Assembly: GCA_002269645.1 (NCBI GenBank)
Contig: NIVC01002890.1
Location: 62,001-126,000, forward strand
DNA: 64,000 bases
Source: Macrostomum lignano
Taxonomy: Eukaryota
Direction of reading: 5' to 3'
How positions within the stretch are numbered: position 1 is the first letter of the stretch; the number at the start of each line of letters is the position of its first letter. Shown here one piece after another: positions 1-13,745 of this stretch. The position numbers and the translations under genes were made by a program. The notes under the pieces are model-generated. The model did no database searches. It had not been told where the DNA came from and saw nothing but the letters and a program-made list of their open reading frames with translations.

Positions 1-521
1 TTCCTCTCCCACGGGTTGCGCGGCTGATTATTTCACTAGCAGTCGAAATTAGCGCTAAAACCGAGAGGATTCTATACTAGGCTTAACTCTCTTCCTGCAC
101 TTGGCACAATAATTGGTCCCATTATCCCGCAGTGCTCAGACTCGAGTCCAAAATCTGGGACAGCCGAGTGAGGGAGAGGGGGTGTGAGGCGATGTTGGAT
201 AGCATTGATTTGGGATTCTGGGGGAAAACAATTTCACAAGCCCCCACTTCCGGGGCTTGCGGTCGGAGTCCCTGATTCCCGCTCTCCCAGCTCAGCCGGG
301 ACGTCGGAAGCGGATAACATAATTCTACGCATCCCCCCGTCTGCTTTCCCCATATTTTTCAGGAAGCTGTTTGACGAAATGAAGAGTTGCGAGAAATTTT
401 CGGTTACTTTTTCAAACTGCATTGATTTGCTATTCATATACTGGCCGTTAGGGTTAACAACTTCTAAGCTTGTGGAGTCCGAGCCGTGCAGATCTAATAG
501 ATCTAAGGGATTTCAGATTCC

Positions 522-3270
522 GCATCTATATGGATGTCAGATGCCTCATCTATAGAGATGTCAGATGCCTCATCTATAGGGATGTCAGATGCCTCATCTA
601 TAGAGATGTCAGATGCCTCATCTATAGAGATGTCAGATGCCTCATCTATATGGATGTCAGATGCCTCATCTATAGAGATGTCAGATGCCTCATCTATATG
701 GATGTCAGATGCCTCATCTATAGAGATGTCAGATGCCTCATCTATATGGATGTCAGATGCCTCATCTATAGAGATGTCAGATGCCTCATCTATATGGATG
801 TCAGATGCCTCATCTATAGGCATGTCAGATGCCTCATCTATAGAGATGTCAGATGCCTCATCTATAGGCATGTCAGATGCCTCATCTAAAAGCATGTCAG
901 ATGCCTCATCTATAGGCATGTCAGATGCCTCATCTATAGGGATGTCAAATGCCTCATCTATAGAGATGTCAGATGCCTCATCTATAGGGATGTCAGATGC
1001 CTCATCTATAGAGATGTCAGATGCCTCATCTATATGGATGTCAGATGCCTCATCTATAGAGATGTCAGATTCCTCATCTATAGGGATGCCAAATGCCTCA
1101 TCTATAGGGATGTCAGATGTCTCATCTATATGGATGTCAGATGCCTCATCTATAGAGATGTCAGATGCCTCATCTATATGGATGTCAGATGCCTCATCTA
1201 TAGAGATGTCAGATGCCTCATCTATATGGATGTCAGATGCCTCATCTATAGAGATGTCAGATGCCTCATCTATAGAGATGTCAGATGCCTCATCTATAGA
1301 GATGTCAGATGCCTTATCTATAGGGATGTCAGATGCCTCGTCTATAGGGATGTCAAATGTCTCATCTATAGGGATGTCAAATATCTCATCTATAGGGATG
1401 CCAAATGTCTCATCTATAGAGATGTCAGATGCTTCATCTATAGAGATGTCAGATGCCTCATCTATAGAGATGTCAGATGCCTTATCTATAGGGATGTCAG
1501 ATGCCTCGTCTATAGGGATGTCAAATGTCTCATCTATAGGGATGTCAAATATCTCATCTATAGGGATGCCAAATGTCTCATCTATAGAGATGTCAGATGC
1601 TTCATCTATAGAGATGTCAGATGCCTCATCTATAGAGATGTCAGATGCCTCATCTATAGAGATGTCAGATGCTTCATCTATAGAGATGTCAGATGCCTCA
1701 TCTATAGAGATGTCAGATGCCTCATCTATAGAGATGTCAGATGCCTCATCTATAGAGATGTCAGATGCCTCATCTATATGGATGTCAAATGTCTCATCTA
1801 TAGAGATGTCAGATGCCTCATCTATAGAGATGTCAGATGCCTCATCTATAGAGATGTCAGATGCCTCATCTATATGGATGTCAAATGTCTCATCTATAGA
1901 GATGTCAGATGCCTCATCTATAGAGATGTCAGATGCCTCATCTATAGAGATGTCAGATTCCTCATCTATAGAGATGTCAGATGCCTCATCTATAGAGATG
2001 TCAGATGCCTCATCTATAGAGATGTCAGATTCCTCATCTATAGGGATGCCAAATGCCTCATCTATAGGGATGTCAGATGTCTCATCTATATGGATGTCAG
2101 ATGCCTCATCTATAGAGATGTCAGATGCCTCATCTATATGGATGTCAGATGCCTCATCTATAGAGATGTCAGATGCCTCATCTATATGGATGTCAGATGC
2201 CTCATCTATAGAGATGTCAGATGCCTCATCTATAGAGATGTCAGATGCCTCATCTATAGGGATGTCAGATGCCTCATCTATAGGGATGTCAGATGCCTCG
2301 TCTATAGGGATGTCAAATGTCTCATCTATAGGGATGTCAAATATCTCATCTATAGGGATGCCAAATGTCTCATCTATAGAGATGTCAGATGCTTCATCTA
2401 TAGAGATGTCAGATGCCTCATCTATAGAGATGTCAGATGCCTCATCTATATGGATGTCAGATGCCTTATCTATAGAGATGTCAGATGCTTCATCTATAGA
2501 GATGTCAGATGCCTCATCTATAGAGATGTCAGATGCCTTATCTATAGGGATGTCAGATGCCTCGTCTATAGGGATGTCAAATGTCTCATCTATAGGGATG
2601 TCAAATATCTCATCTATAGGGATGCCAAATGTCTCATCTATAGAGATGTCAGATGCTTCATCTATAGAGATGTCAGATGCCTCATCTATAGAGATGTCAG
2701 ATGCCTCATCTATAGAGATGTCAGATGCCTCATCTATAGAGATGTCAGATGCTTCATCTATAGGGATGTCAGATGCCTCATCTATAGAGATGTCAGATGC
2801 CTCATCTATAGGCATGTCAGATGCCTCATCTATAGAGATGTCAGATGCTTCATCTATAGGGATGTCAAATGTCTCATCTATAGAGATGTCAGATGCCTCA
2901 TCTATAGAGATGTCAGATGCCTCATCTATAGAGATGTCAGATGCTTCATCTATAGAGATGTCAGATGCTTCATCTATAGAGATGTCAGATGCTTCATCTA
3001 TAGGGATGTCAAATATCTCATCTATAGGGATGCCAAATGTCTCATCTATAGGGATGTCAGATGCCTCGTCTATAGGGATGTCAGATGCCTCATCTTTAGG
3101 GATGTCAGATGCCTCATCTTTAGGGATGTCAGATGCCTCATCTATAGGGATGTCAAATGTCTCAAATATAGAGATGTCAGATGCCTCATCTATAGGGATG
3201 TCAGATGCCTCATCTATAGGGATGTCAGATGCCTCATCTTTAGAGATGTTAGATGCCTCATCTATAGGGA
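522..3270. repeat. 24-bp minisatellite (ATGTCAGATGCCTCATCTATAGAG) with higher-order variant blocks
   Basis: Over 110 tandem units; this explains the long MSDASSIE, DEASDISI and VRCLIYRD ORFs. Confidence 0.97.
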
Positions 3271-4396
3271 GCTATATGGTTTAAATTGCCTCAGCTTGGG
3301 ATTTCAAATAATGAATGTCCCAGTATTGTACTCTATTAATGTGGCAATCATTGCAATTGTATAATAATATACTTTCCTTAAACGCAACAACCCGCCATCT
3401 CTATGAATATTATTTATGGTCACTAGGGCGCGTCAAGCCAGCGTCTGACACGCGGATAGGGACAGCTTTTGTGCAAGTTTCATCAACTGGAACAACTGGC
3501 ACACGGGGAGAGGCGTTGGCGGTAACAAAAATTTGAAACACACACACCGCAGCGACAGCCTGACAAAGGCGACAAAAAACACGCTTCAAGCGGAGCAAAA
3601 CAAAGACGGACAAGCGCTTGGAAAAGTTAATTATTTGCCTTTTCAAGCCTGAATTTTGGTACGCTACTGTTGGGGGGGGGGGCTCTAACAAATGCAAATA
3701 TGTGGCGCAATTAACTTTCACGCGGCGATCTGCAGACACACAGAGAGAGAGACAGCTGCAGTTGCCCCCCCCGGCCTCGCCTGTAATTGATAGTGACAGG
3801 GACGGCGCATCCTCTCGACCCCGAGCGGCCCCCGCAATCAAACAAACACTGGACGGAATAATTATTAGAATCGGGGCTTAAGCTCGGAAGACCGAACTAA
3901 AAAATTAGAAAGAGAAGGGTAGGGCGAGGCGGCGATTCCAGTTGGCCCTGTCTACCTGGCTGGGCGCCGCGTAAATCAGTCACTAATGAGTTTGAGCCAC
4001 CCCCGGACCCACCCCGCGCCAGCTGACGTTACTTCAAGGGCGCCCGTCCGTCATAGTGGGATGGAGGGCAGGCCAAAATAATTCGTCAGCAAAGGCTTCA
4101 GCTGGCGCTGCGCCTCGCCTATTTGCTTGGTCGCTTGGCAACGCACATGGAGAGCTAAGCCAGGCTAATTTAAGATGGGAACCCTACACGGGATAATAAG
4201 TGGAGATCTTGGTGGCTGATGCCGATGCTAATCTGTCTCCATGCTTGTGTTCGGCTGTTGTGTCGTTAAAATTTATTCAGTCTCCGCTAAACTGGCGACG
4301 TTAAACTGAACATCTAAGACAAAAAAGTGGTTATTATGAGAGCTGCAGATGAAGTTCTAACTTCGAATTCGAAGTTCGAGTAAATCTGCATTTTAT

Positions 4397-5030
4397 GCTA
4401 TCTCCACTCTTCAGCTATCTCCACTCACCTATCTCCTCTCCTCAGCTATCTCCTCTCCTCAGCTATCTCCTCTCCTCAGCTATCTCCACTCCTCAGCTAT
4501 CTCCTCTCCTCAGCTATCTCCTCTCCTCAGCTATCTCCTCTCCTCAGCTATCTCCTCTCCTCAGCTATCTTCTCTCCTCAGCTATCTCCTCTCCTCAGCT
4601 ATCTCCTCTCCTCAGCTATCTCCTCTCCTCAGCTATCTCCTCTCCTCAGCTATCTCCACTCCTCAGCTATCTTCTCTCCTCAGCTATCTCCTCTCCTCAG
4701 CTATCTCCTCTCCTCAGCTATCTCAACTCCTCAGCTATCTCCTCTTCTCAGCTATCTCCACACCTCAGCTATCTCCACTCCTCAGCTATCTCCTCTCCTC
4801 AGCTATCTCCTCTCCTCAGCTATCTCCTCTCCTCAGCTATCTCCACTCCTCAGCTATCTTCTCTCCTCAGCTATCTCCTCTCCTCAGCTATCTCCTCTCC
4901 TCAGCTATCTCAACTCCTCAGCTATCTCCTCTCCTCAGCTATCTCCACACCTCAGCTATCTCCACTCCTCAGCTATCTCCTCTCCTCAGCTATCTCCTCT
5001 CCTCAGCTATCTCCTCTCCTCAGCTATCTG
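4397..5030. repeat. 17-bp C/T-rich minisatellite (CTCAGCTATCTCCTCTC)
   Basis: Direct tandem units visible in the sequence. Confidence 0.95.
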
Positions 5031-5519
5031 CTCTCCTTTGATAATCATAAGTCTGCCTGGGGCACCACACAAGTTCTAAGCTGCCAATTTTCAACACCAG
5101 CGGCTTCAAAAATCACTAGTGAACAACAAGTCTCGTCCTAGTTTCGCGGTACGCGACTGAAACAGTGCAGAGAGAATGATTTATTACACCACCGAACCGA
5201 CAGCGCCACCGCCAACCCCCCTGCCGGCGTGTCGAAGTCTCACTTAGCACACAGCTGACTGAATGGCTGGCAAGTCACAATCGCACTGCTGCGCTGCTGG
5301 AGTTGCGCTAGCGCATGCCAATTTTCTAACTCTCTTCACCTCCCCCTAGCCTTGTGTAGTTTTTTGTTTCTAAACGGAACTACAGCTCTGCATCAATCAT
5401 TGCAGCAAATACAAATCTATCCCCGATACTGATTTGCACCGCATTTTAGATCGTACTTTGCCGTGGAAAATGTCTAATTCCTATCATCATTGTATTCTTC
5501 CATCTTTTTTATGTCTGCC

Positions 5520-5925
5520 GTGCCTCCCCCCACAACACCGCTGCCTCCCCCACAACTCCGCTGTCTCCCCCCACAACTCCGCTGCCTCCCCCCACAACTC
5601 CGCTGCCTCCCCCACAACTCCGCTGTCTCCCCCCACAACTCCGCTGCCTCCCCCACAACTCCGCTGCCTCCCCCACAACTCCGCTGCCTCCCCCCACAAC
5701 TCCGCTGCCTCCCCCTATAACTTCGCTACCTCCCCCCACAACTCCGCTGCCTCCCCCACAACTCCGCTGTCTCCCCCTATAACTTCGCTACCTCCCCCAC
5801 AACTCCGCTGTCTCCCCCCTATAACTTCGCTACCTCCCCCCACAACTCCGCTGTCTCCCCCCTATAACTTCGCTACCTCCCCCACAACTCCGCTGCCTCC
5901 CCCCCCCCACAACTCCGCTCCCCCC
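5520..5925. repeat. ~21-bp C-rich minisatellite (CCCCACAACTCCGCTGCCTCC)
   Basis: Tandem units with variable C-run length. Confidence 0.93.
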
Positions 5926-6982
5926 CACAAAGAAGCCTCTCTCTGTAAATAAATTTAATTTGCTACTTGTAGACCAAGTGTCACATTGTGACAATTCGTG
6001 GTTTGATTTAAAAAACAAACTTTCTGTACAGGCCCTGTGCAATTCATTATAAAACTTGCTTTAGAAAGCAAAATTTATTAATAGACAAAGCTTTTAAGAT
6101 TGCAACTATACAGATTGCCAAGACAGAAATAGTAAATATGAATTATTATTTTAATTGCAATTATATATGTACAGTTAGTCATGCTTAATATAAGAGGCAA
6201 GGATGCGGGGTTTGAATGTAAAAGTATATTCCGTAGGTTCAAAAAAACTAACTCTATTGTAGGTTACAGATCAATCAATCATAAGACGATATAATCTTGT
6301 TAAGTTCGAAGAAAAACTGAAAATTGATTTATTTCGCTTGTTAGTTAACACGAACGTGAAAGTGGATATCTATATTAGTATCTATAGGTATTTAATAGGA
6401 TTGTGCTTTCCGACCACCAACCCTCTCTATCCGGCCCTCGGGGGTTCTTTGAATCTTCTGTGAGCATTTGTATCTTCTCAGCTCTCTTCTAACACCACTC
6501 TCCCTCTCATCTCTTTTAAATTCTCCTCCCTCACCTGGGCCGCAGCCATGAGCAGGATTATTTATCTGGCCATAGACAACTAGCGAAAATCTTTTTTTCA
6601 GACACTTAGCGGTTAGTTTGATTCATTCAAGAATAAAATAGTCTATGGTCGAAAGTATATGGTCTATGGTCTACTGCACTGCTATTAGTGTGTCTATGGT
6701 AAAAAATCCTCAAGTGCTTAACGGCATCCTCTGACTATTCTACGAGTATTAGCCAAACTTGCAATTTATATTTTTAGCCTGCTGTATCTGTGCCCCACCC
6801 ATGTCATCTCAATGCTAGGTGAGAGGGACAGCTGCCCCCTCTGCCCCCCCCCTCTATTCCGCGGTCTCTGAGCGCTGAATCACAATCCTTTTACTACCAT
6901 GTTACACACGTGAGTAAACAGTACAAAAATTCTAAACCACTAAGTAGTCATAAGAAGTTTAGTGTCCCGGCCAGCTTTTGAG

Positions 6983-9900
6983 TCAGATGCCATCCCGATC
7001 GCTGTCCGAGTCTGTCCGCAGTCGCACGGAGTGATTGTACAACCCCTGGGACATCAGGTGCAGCGCGAGCGGGTTCTTGAAGCCGTGGCCCTGCGGTCAG
7101 GTGTACAGTGGGCACTATAAGCTAGGTTAGTCTTATAAATATTCGCAAGAGGGCTGCAGGCAACCTGGCATATCTGCAAAAAAGCTGACACGCATTAAAA
7201 CAACTCACCTTTTTAGCCTTCGCTCGCTTATTTTGGAACCAGATTTTCACCTGCGACTCGTTCAGCTGCAGCTCCTTGGCCAGAGAGAGTCGCCGCTCTT
7301 CTGTGAGATACCTGCGGAGGCGGGTGGGATGGTCGGCAATGGGGTGCTCGTAGTAGGGCTCAAGTTGCAAAATAGGGTACAATTTTTATCAGAGTCAGGA
7401 GCTGTGTGCACCCTGGCGCACTTTAAGCGACATTGTCACACAACCGGCGAGAGGCATTACTGCCCATTCCACCGACTCCCCTGAGCAGGCACACAAGCGC
7501 GCGGATACGTACGCAGTCATACGCACAGGCACACACTCACACAGGAGTGTACAGCGGCCCTAGCTTTATTTATCGTTAGGCATGTACACTTCACTGTGCC
7601 TTGGGGGTGAGGGGGGGTTGGCCCTCAAGGGCGTTAATTTTACGGCTAGACCCTAGCCGAGATTCAAATGTGACTGCACTTGGAATCGAGCCTGGGCCGC
7701 TGAAACATAAGAACGCCGCGCTTGACCACTAGGCTACTGCCCTACCCCTATATAGGATACAATAAAAGTGGTTAAGTTATGAATAGCTTTCGCAAGCTCT
7801 GCTTCTGGCAAAGATTTGCTTTTTTGCGTGGCGCTGACTGGGGTTTTGTCATAGATTAATCCGCGCCGGAAAAATACACAAAAACGCACACTTGCTTCAT
7901 TTGGAATTCGAAAACCCAGAAAAAATCTAAAAAATCCCATCTCACCAATGCATTTTATACGGTGAAAACCATATTCCAGAAAAAAATTTTCTCGATTTGC
8001 AAGCTCAGCGAATCTGCATAGCAACCAACCTATTCTCTTCGAACTCCTGCTTGAGCCGTTTGAGCTGCTCGCCAGAGAATGACGTCCTTGGCCTTTTTTC
8101 GTTGTCCTTGCGGCTACGTCGGCGGAACTTACGGACTCGAGGACCTGCCGGATGGGCGTGTGACAGCATGACGTTTTAATGGGATAATTTATATTGTTGT
8201 AAGTTTGATGCGCACTGGAGTGTCCAGCCTGATCTGGAGTTCCCCTTTCTGTGATATGGTAGCAGCAGGATTGGAATGCAGTAACAGTGCAGCACACCTG
8301 GTCAACTTGCTATTTGAGTTAGTTTGATTTCTATCTAGCTAGTAGCTCTCGGAATTTTTTCTTTAGAAGTTTTGATTGATGCAATCGATACAATAGATTT
8401 TCTTAGAAATGAGCTGGATGCAGAATGACGCTCTGCACTCGATTTTCTTATAAATGAGCTGGATGCAGAATGACGCTCTACACTCGATTTTCTTAGAAAT
8501 AAGCTAGATGCAGAAGAACGCTCTGCACTCGATTTTCTTAGAAATGAGCTGGATGCAGAAGGACGCTCTGCACTCGATTTTCTTAGAAATGAGCTGGATG
8601 CAGAAGAACGCTCTGCACTCGATTTTCTTAGAAATGAGCTGGATGCAGAATGACGCTCTACACTCGATTTTCTTAGAAATGAGCTGGATGCAGGACGCTC
8701 TGCACTCGATTTTCTATATACTCCTAGATGGGGCCACTCGCAGCGCGAAAACCCCCGGGGGTTCAGACCATAGACTGTAGCTTCTGCTGCTCTCAAGCAT
8801 TAGCAGCAGCAGCAGGTGTCTGTGGCCCAAACCCCGGGGTTTTCGGGACCTCGGAGAGGGCCGCTAAATGCATTAGCGAATGCTGCAGGAGTGACAACAT
8901 CTAGATAATATAGAACCTGTGGTTTAAACCGATGAGTTCCCATGGGAACAATTTAGTCGCTGGGAAGAATTTATAATCAGCAATTGTTGGCTAATTAAAA
9001 AACATCATCAATGAGGAGTTTGATGGCTCGAAAAAATATCGACACAGCAGATTCGAGTGGCAAATCAAGATAAACCCTTGGGAGATTCTCCTTATTAGCA
9101 ATCAGCGGTTTTTTGGGAGGAGGATAATTAAAGCAGCGCTGAAGGGCAGACAGGTGTGCGATGGTGCAGGATCCCCATTCGGCCGATTCAATTTAGATAA
9201 AAAGGGATATTTCGAACAGAAAAATATTATAGCCAGAAGATCGGGGCACCCACCCCCACTCAATCAGGCGACCCCGCCCACTCCTCCTCTCATTTTTGAG
9301 CCTCTACTCGAGAAGGTCGCCGCTCACTCAACTTCAAAGAGTTTCTTCCAGGCGCTCTCGCTGAGGCGATTTTTTTTAACTCACTTATCCCATCAGCATC
9401 CATCATCGGGATTTGACAGATAAGCCGTTCACCCTCTGAGAATTCCCCCGCCCTCGTATCACTGCATGCAGAGAGACCTTAATGAGGTGATAGACAGAGC
9501 CTCTAACCGCCTCATGGCATCAAGTTTGGTGAGGCGTTAATGAATCAGAAAAAAGAGCTGAGGAAGTCAGCAGCATCCCTCTTGGCATCATCATCGAAAC
9601 ACTGATAAGGCTGCTCAGCCTCTGTAGGAGTCTTGGGTGTGGAAATATATTGAGGGATCGATCTATAATAATGATCGGCTAGGCACTGATGATGATGAAT
9701 TGCTGCCATGGGAGGCGCGGATTAAAGCGATAATAACTCATTATAGATAGTCTTTATAGCTTCGAGAAATTAAAAGAGACTATCGGGAAAAAATGAATCA
9801 TTCAAGTCGGCTTTGATTTGAGGCAAATTTTTCTTTGTCATTTTACTATTAATAGCAATTTACTTTTTTAATCGGCAATTAGACTCTTTGCGTCACTTTG

Positions 9901-10680
9901 TGTCAGTTCAGTGTCACCGCTATATCCCCAACAGGTCCCTCAGTGTCACCGTTATATCCCCAACAGGTCCCTCAGTGTCACCGCTATATCTCCAACAGGT
10001 CCCTCAGTGTCACCGCTATATCCCCAACAGGTCCCTCAGTGTCACCGTTATATCCCCAACAGGTCCCTCAGTGTCACCGCTATATCTCCAACAGGTCCCT
10101 CAGTGTCACCGCTATATCCCCAACAGGTCCCTCAGTGTCACCGCTATATCCCCAACAGGTCCCTCAGTGTCACCGCTATATCTCCAACAGGTCCCTCAGT
10201 GTCACCGTTATATCTCCAACAGGTCCCTCAGTGTCACCGTTATATCTCCAACATGTCCCTCAGTGTCACCGCTATATCTCCAACAGGTCCCTCAGTGTCA
10301 CCGCTATATCTCCAACAGGTCCCTCAGTGTCACCGCTATATCTCCAACAGGTCCCTCAGTGTCACCGCTATCTCCAACATGTCCCTCAGTGTCCCCCCAT
10401 GCTCACCAGATGACGGCCTGTCCGAGTAGCGGGTGCAGTAGATCCAAGCAGGCCACAGACTGGCCTTGTCCTCGGCTGCAGCCTGCTGTTGCAGCTTCCC
10501 CACTACAGTCGGCAGCTGATGATGAGCAGGCGGCGGCCTACCGAACTCTGGCTTGAGTATCTCTTCAATTAGAAATCGAGTGTAAGTTGCCTGTCGTTTC
10601 TGCTGCTGCTCCATCGCCTTCTCTTCTACCTCTTTCTGCTGCTGCTGCTTCTCGGGGCATATTTCCGAGTCCAACACCAT
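6983..10680 (-). CDS. en: Engrailed homeobox transcription factor, 199 aa; exons 10680-10407, 8144-8030, 7311-7209, 7090-6983
   Basis: eh1 ([13 protein letters not shown]), eh2 ([18 protein letters not shown]), homeodomain ([24 protein letters not shown]|[34 protein letters not shown]) and eh5 ([17 protein letters not shown]). All introns are GT-AG with compatible phases (274+115+103+108 = 600 nt). Confidence 0.96.
7384..7751 (-). mobile_element. tRNA-derived SINE, family 1, copy A (in engrailed intron 2)
   Basis: On the minus strand, A-box TAGCCTAGTGG (7736-7726) and B-box GGCTCGATTCC (7692-7682). Body shared with 40645-40940. Probable 12-bp TSD ATAGG(G/A)TACAAT at 7372-7383 and 7752-7763. 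Confidence 0.8.
8388..8715. repeat. 45-bp minisatellite in engrailed intron 1
   Basis: Unit GAGCTGGATGCAGAATGACGCTCTGCACTCGATTTTCTTAGAAAT, about 7 copies. Confidence 0.93.
9905..10395. repeat. 32-bp minisatellite starting just inside the engrailed intron 1 donor
   Basis: Unit CCCTCAGTGTCACCGCTATATCTCCAACAGGT. Confidence 0.95.
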
Positions 10681-11865
10681 GATGCTGTTTTGTAATTTGC
10701 GATCTTTGTTTATCAATTATGAATAGAATTGTTTCTTGGACTGATTTTTACAGGATCCGTTCTTGTCTCCACATACCTAGCGCTAGCCGTTATAATTCGT
10801 ATTCTCGCCGCTCCTCATCCCCGCGTAATCGCTTCATTAGACAGTTGGGTGGCCGCGCGGCCAATGAAATTCCAGCTCCAGTTTCCCGCAGCCCCATCTC
10901 CTCCCGCCGGCGAATAATAATCCCGCATGCATGCGTTATCCCAGGTCTGCTGGTGTATATTCCCATCGTTAATCCCCTCATTCGTTGGACCGTGGAGTGC
11001 TAGAATTAAGAATCTGGAGTTGAATTCCTAAGATTATTCAAGGAGTGCGAGTGGGGATCTTTCAAACAAAGTAAATTTTAAATCACAAGGTTTAACAATG
11101 AAACCCATGAAGTTGTGTACACCCTGTGTGTCCGTGTGTATGCTCAGGAGTCAGCAAAATGGGCACAACTGCGCTCGCTGCCCAAAGCTCCTGTCAGCGA
11201 GAAACTAATTAGAACACCGAACTGAACAATCAATTCCTAAAATCTTGCACCTCTTTAGCGCATTGAAGGAAAAAAGCCTTATAAAATTCGGTTTCCACTG
11301 CAGACGTTCCTCCATCTCCATCGGAAGTCTGTACGTACTTCCAACGTACAGTATGGACAGACATCTTCCATTTAACGCCCAGCTAGTAGTCGCACAGTCA
11401 CCGGATGTTGTCGGCTGACACAAAACCCGGTAATTACTACAACACTCCATCGTCTTGCTGTTGCCGCTAAATTTCAGCACACAGGAGAGAAAGATGTGGT
11501 GAGGATTAGGAAACTGAGATGAAGAGCTGATTGGCGGTAGTTACGGACTGCCAAAAACTTCATATCCGTATGCGGATGGATATTGGATATCTAAGTTCCG
11601 TGGCAGACGCGTTGCAAATTGTTATAGCTATTATAGCTGTGAGCTGTGGGCGGCATTTCCGCTTGTTGGGGGCCAATCATTAGAGGGGATTTCGCAGTGA
11701 CAACTTGAAAACCGGGAGCTGGCAGCAGGCCACTGCAGGCCAATATGCGATTGGCGATTACGATCTACATGCGCTTGTCCCATTAGTGTAGTCGAGCCCT
11801 ACAGCAGTTCCATGTGGTTTCACTCGGCTGGTAGTTCGCTTATTCTCTTGATTAGCGGCAGCATC

Positions 11866-12690
11866 TGCCTCTCTGCTGTCTCTCCTGATGAATCCACGTC
11901 TCTCCACTCTCTCTTGGTGAATCCACGCCTCTCTGCTGTCTCTCCTGATGAATCCACGTCTCTTCACTGTCTCTCCTGGTGAATCCACGCCTCTCTGCTG
12001 TCTCTTCTGATGAATCCACGTCTCTTCACTGTCTCTCCTGATGAATCCACGTCTCTCCACTCTCTCCTGGTGAATCCACGCCTCTCTGCTGTCTCTCCTG
12101 ATGAATCCACGTCTCTTCACTGTCTCTCCTGGTGAATCCACGCCTCTCTGCTGTCTCTTCTGATGAATCCACGTCTCTTCACTGTCTCTCCTGGTGAATC
12201 CACGCCTCTCTGCTGTCTCTCCTGATGAATCCACGTCTCTTCACTGTCTCTCCTGGTGAATCCACGCCTCTCTGCTGTCTCTCCTGATGAATCCACGTCT
12301 CTTCACTGTCTCTCCTGGTGAATCCACGCCTCTCTGCTGTCTCTCCTGATGAATCCACGTCTCTTCACTGTCTCTCCTGGTGAATCCACGCCTCTCTGCT
12401 GTCTCTCCTGATGAATCCACGTCTCTCCAATGTCTCTCCTGGTGAATCCACGCCTCTCCACTGTCTCTCCTGGTGAATCCACGCCTCTCTGCTGTCTCTC
12501 CTGGTGAATCCACGTCTCTCCTAGTGAATCCACGCCTCTGCTGTCTCTCCTGGTGAATCCACGTCTCTTCACTGTCTCTCCTGGTGAATCCACGCCTCTG
12601 CTTCTCTCCTGGTGAATCCACGCCTCTGCTGTCTCTTCTAGTGAATCCACGCCTCTGCTGTCTCTCCTGGTGAATCCACGCTCCTTCGCT
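11866..12690. repeat. 31-bp minisatellite upstream of engrailed
   Basis: Unit CTGTCTCTCCTGGTGAATCCACGCCTCTCTG, with shorter variants at the right end. Confidence 0.94.
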
Positions 12691-13745
12691 CCCCCAATTT
12701 TTGCCTGCCTCTAGAATTATTAGTCTCGCACTCTCGTGCAAAGGTAAAAAAAGCTCACTATTTAACTAAATGATTTTCGTCAGTTTGTTGAACTGTTGGC
12801 CAGTAAGTACCAACAAAATAAATATTATATTATCAGCTTATCGATACAGCACAACAGCAGCAGGAGAAAAGAAAAGGCAAAACACAAATTTAGAAAAAAT
12901 AACACGTTCGGTTTCCAAGACAATCGGGCGCAAAAATGAAGACATTCCACTGATACTTGTTGCGCCCAATCGTGCCAAGAAGTGCAAGTGTGTTCTTATA
13001 ATAATAAATAATGGATCGACATGGACAAGACCGAATGCGGCTACTTTAAGTAGCACAGCAGAGAAAATGTTTTCAGAATGAGCACATTGAGAGAAAGAAC
13101 AACTTATTGTAAGTTGTAGCAAACAATTTTTTACAAAAAAAGCAAATAATTTCTGAACTAAATTTCTCAAGCGGGCTCTAGCTGGTTTGGCTGAGATAGC
13201 TATGTACAATTTGCATGCATAAATGTGGATAATTAATTAAAGGCTTTGCCTGGAAATTTAACGGAAAATTTCCCATTAGCCTAAACACTACATATATATG
13301 AATTTACAGGAAAAAATAGCCAGCCAAGTTAAAGGTTTCCTATCAACGTTCGATTATGCCGGTGAAGTTAGAGTTCACAGTGGGATTGGGAGGTTGTATT
13401 GTAGGATTGTAACGCCTAAATAGAATATTTTCTAACATTATATTTGGCTAAGACTGAGACTGAGAAGTTCAAGGATTGGGAAGATTTGGAATTAGGGAGA
13501 TTTTGAGTAAGATTTCAAAGTTTGACAAGGACCTTTTTGTAAAAGACTAGCTATTGAGCTACTTAAGCAGGCGTTAAACCAAAGGAAACAGGTGTGCAGG
13601 GTGAAGCAAGCTCAAGAAGTAAAAATTAAAAAGTCTCAGCATCGGATATTTTTAGGAAACAAAATATTCTATAATACAAGAGAGCCTAAACATCATACTG
13701 ACTGTGTAATCTTAGACTATATATAAAAGCACATAAAGCCCAAAA

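Noticed and set aside
503-3364. 770-916-aa ORFs on both strands
   Set aside because: A 24-bp unit leaves three of six frames stop-free by construction; there is no unique domain or linked exon.
7680-7745. tRNA genes at A/B-box sites (also 40875-40935, 63522-63580)
   Set aside because: I could not fold an acceptor stem or cloverleaf, and each continues into a repeat body, so they are SINE heads.
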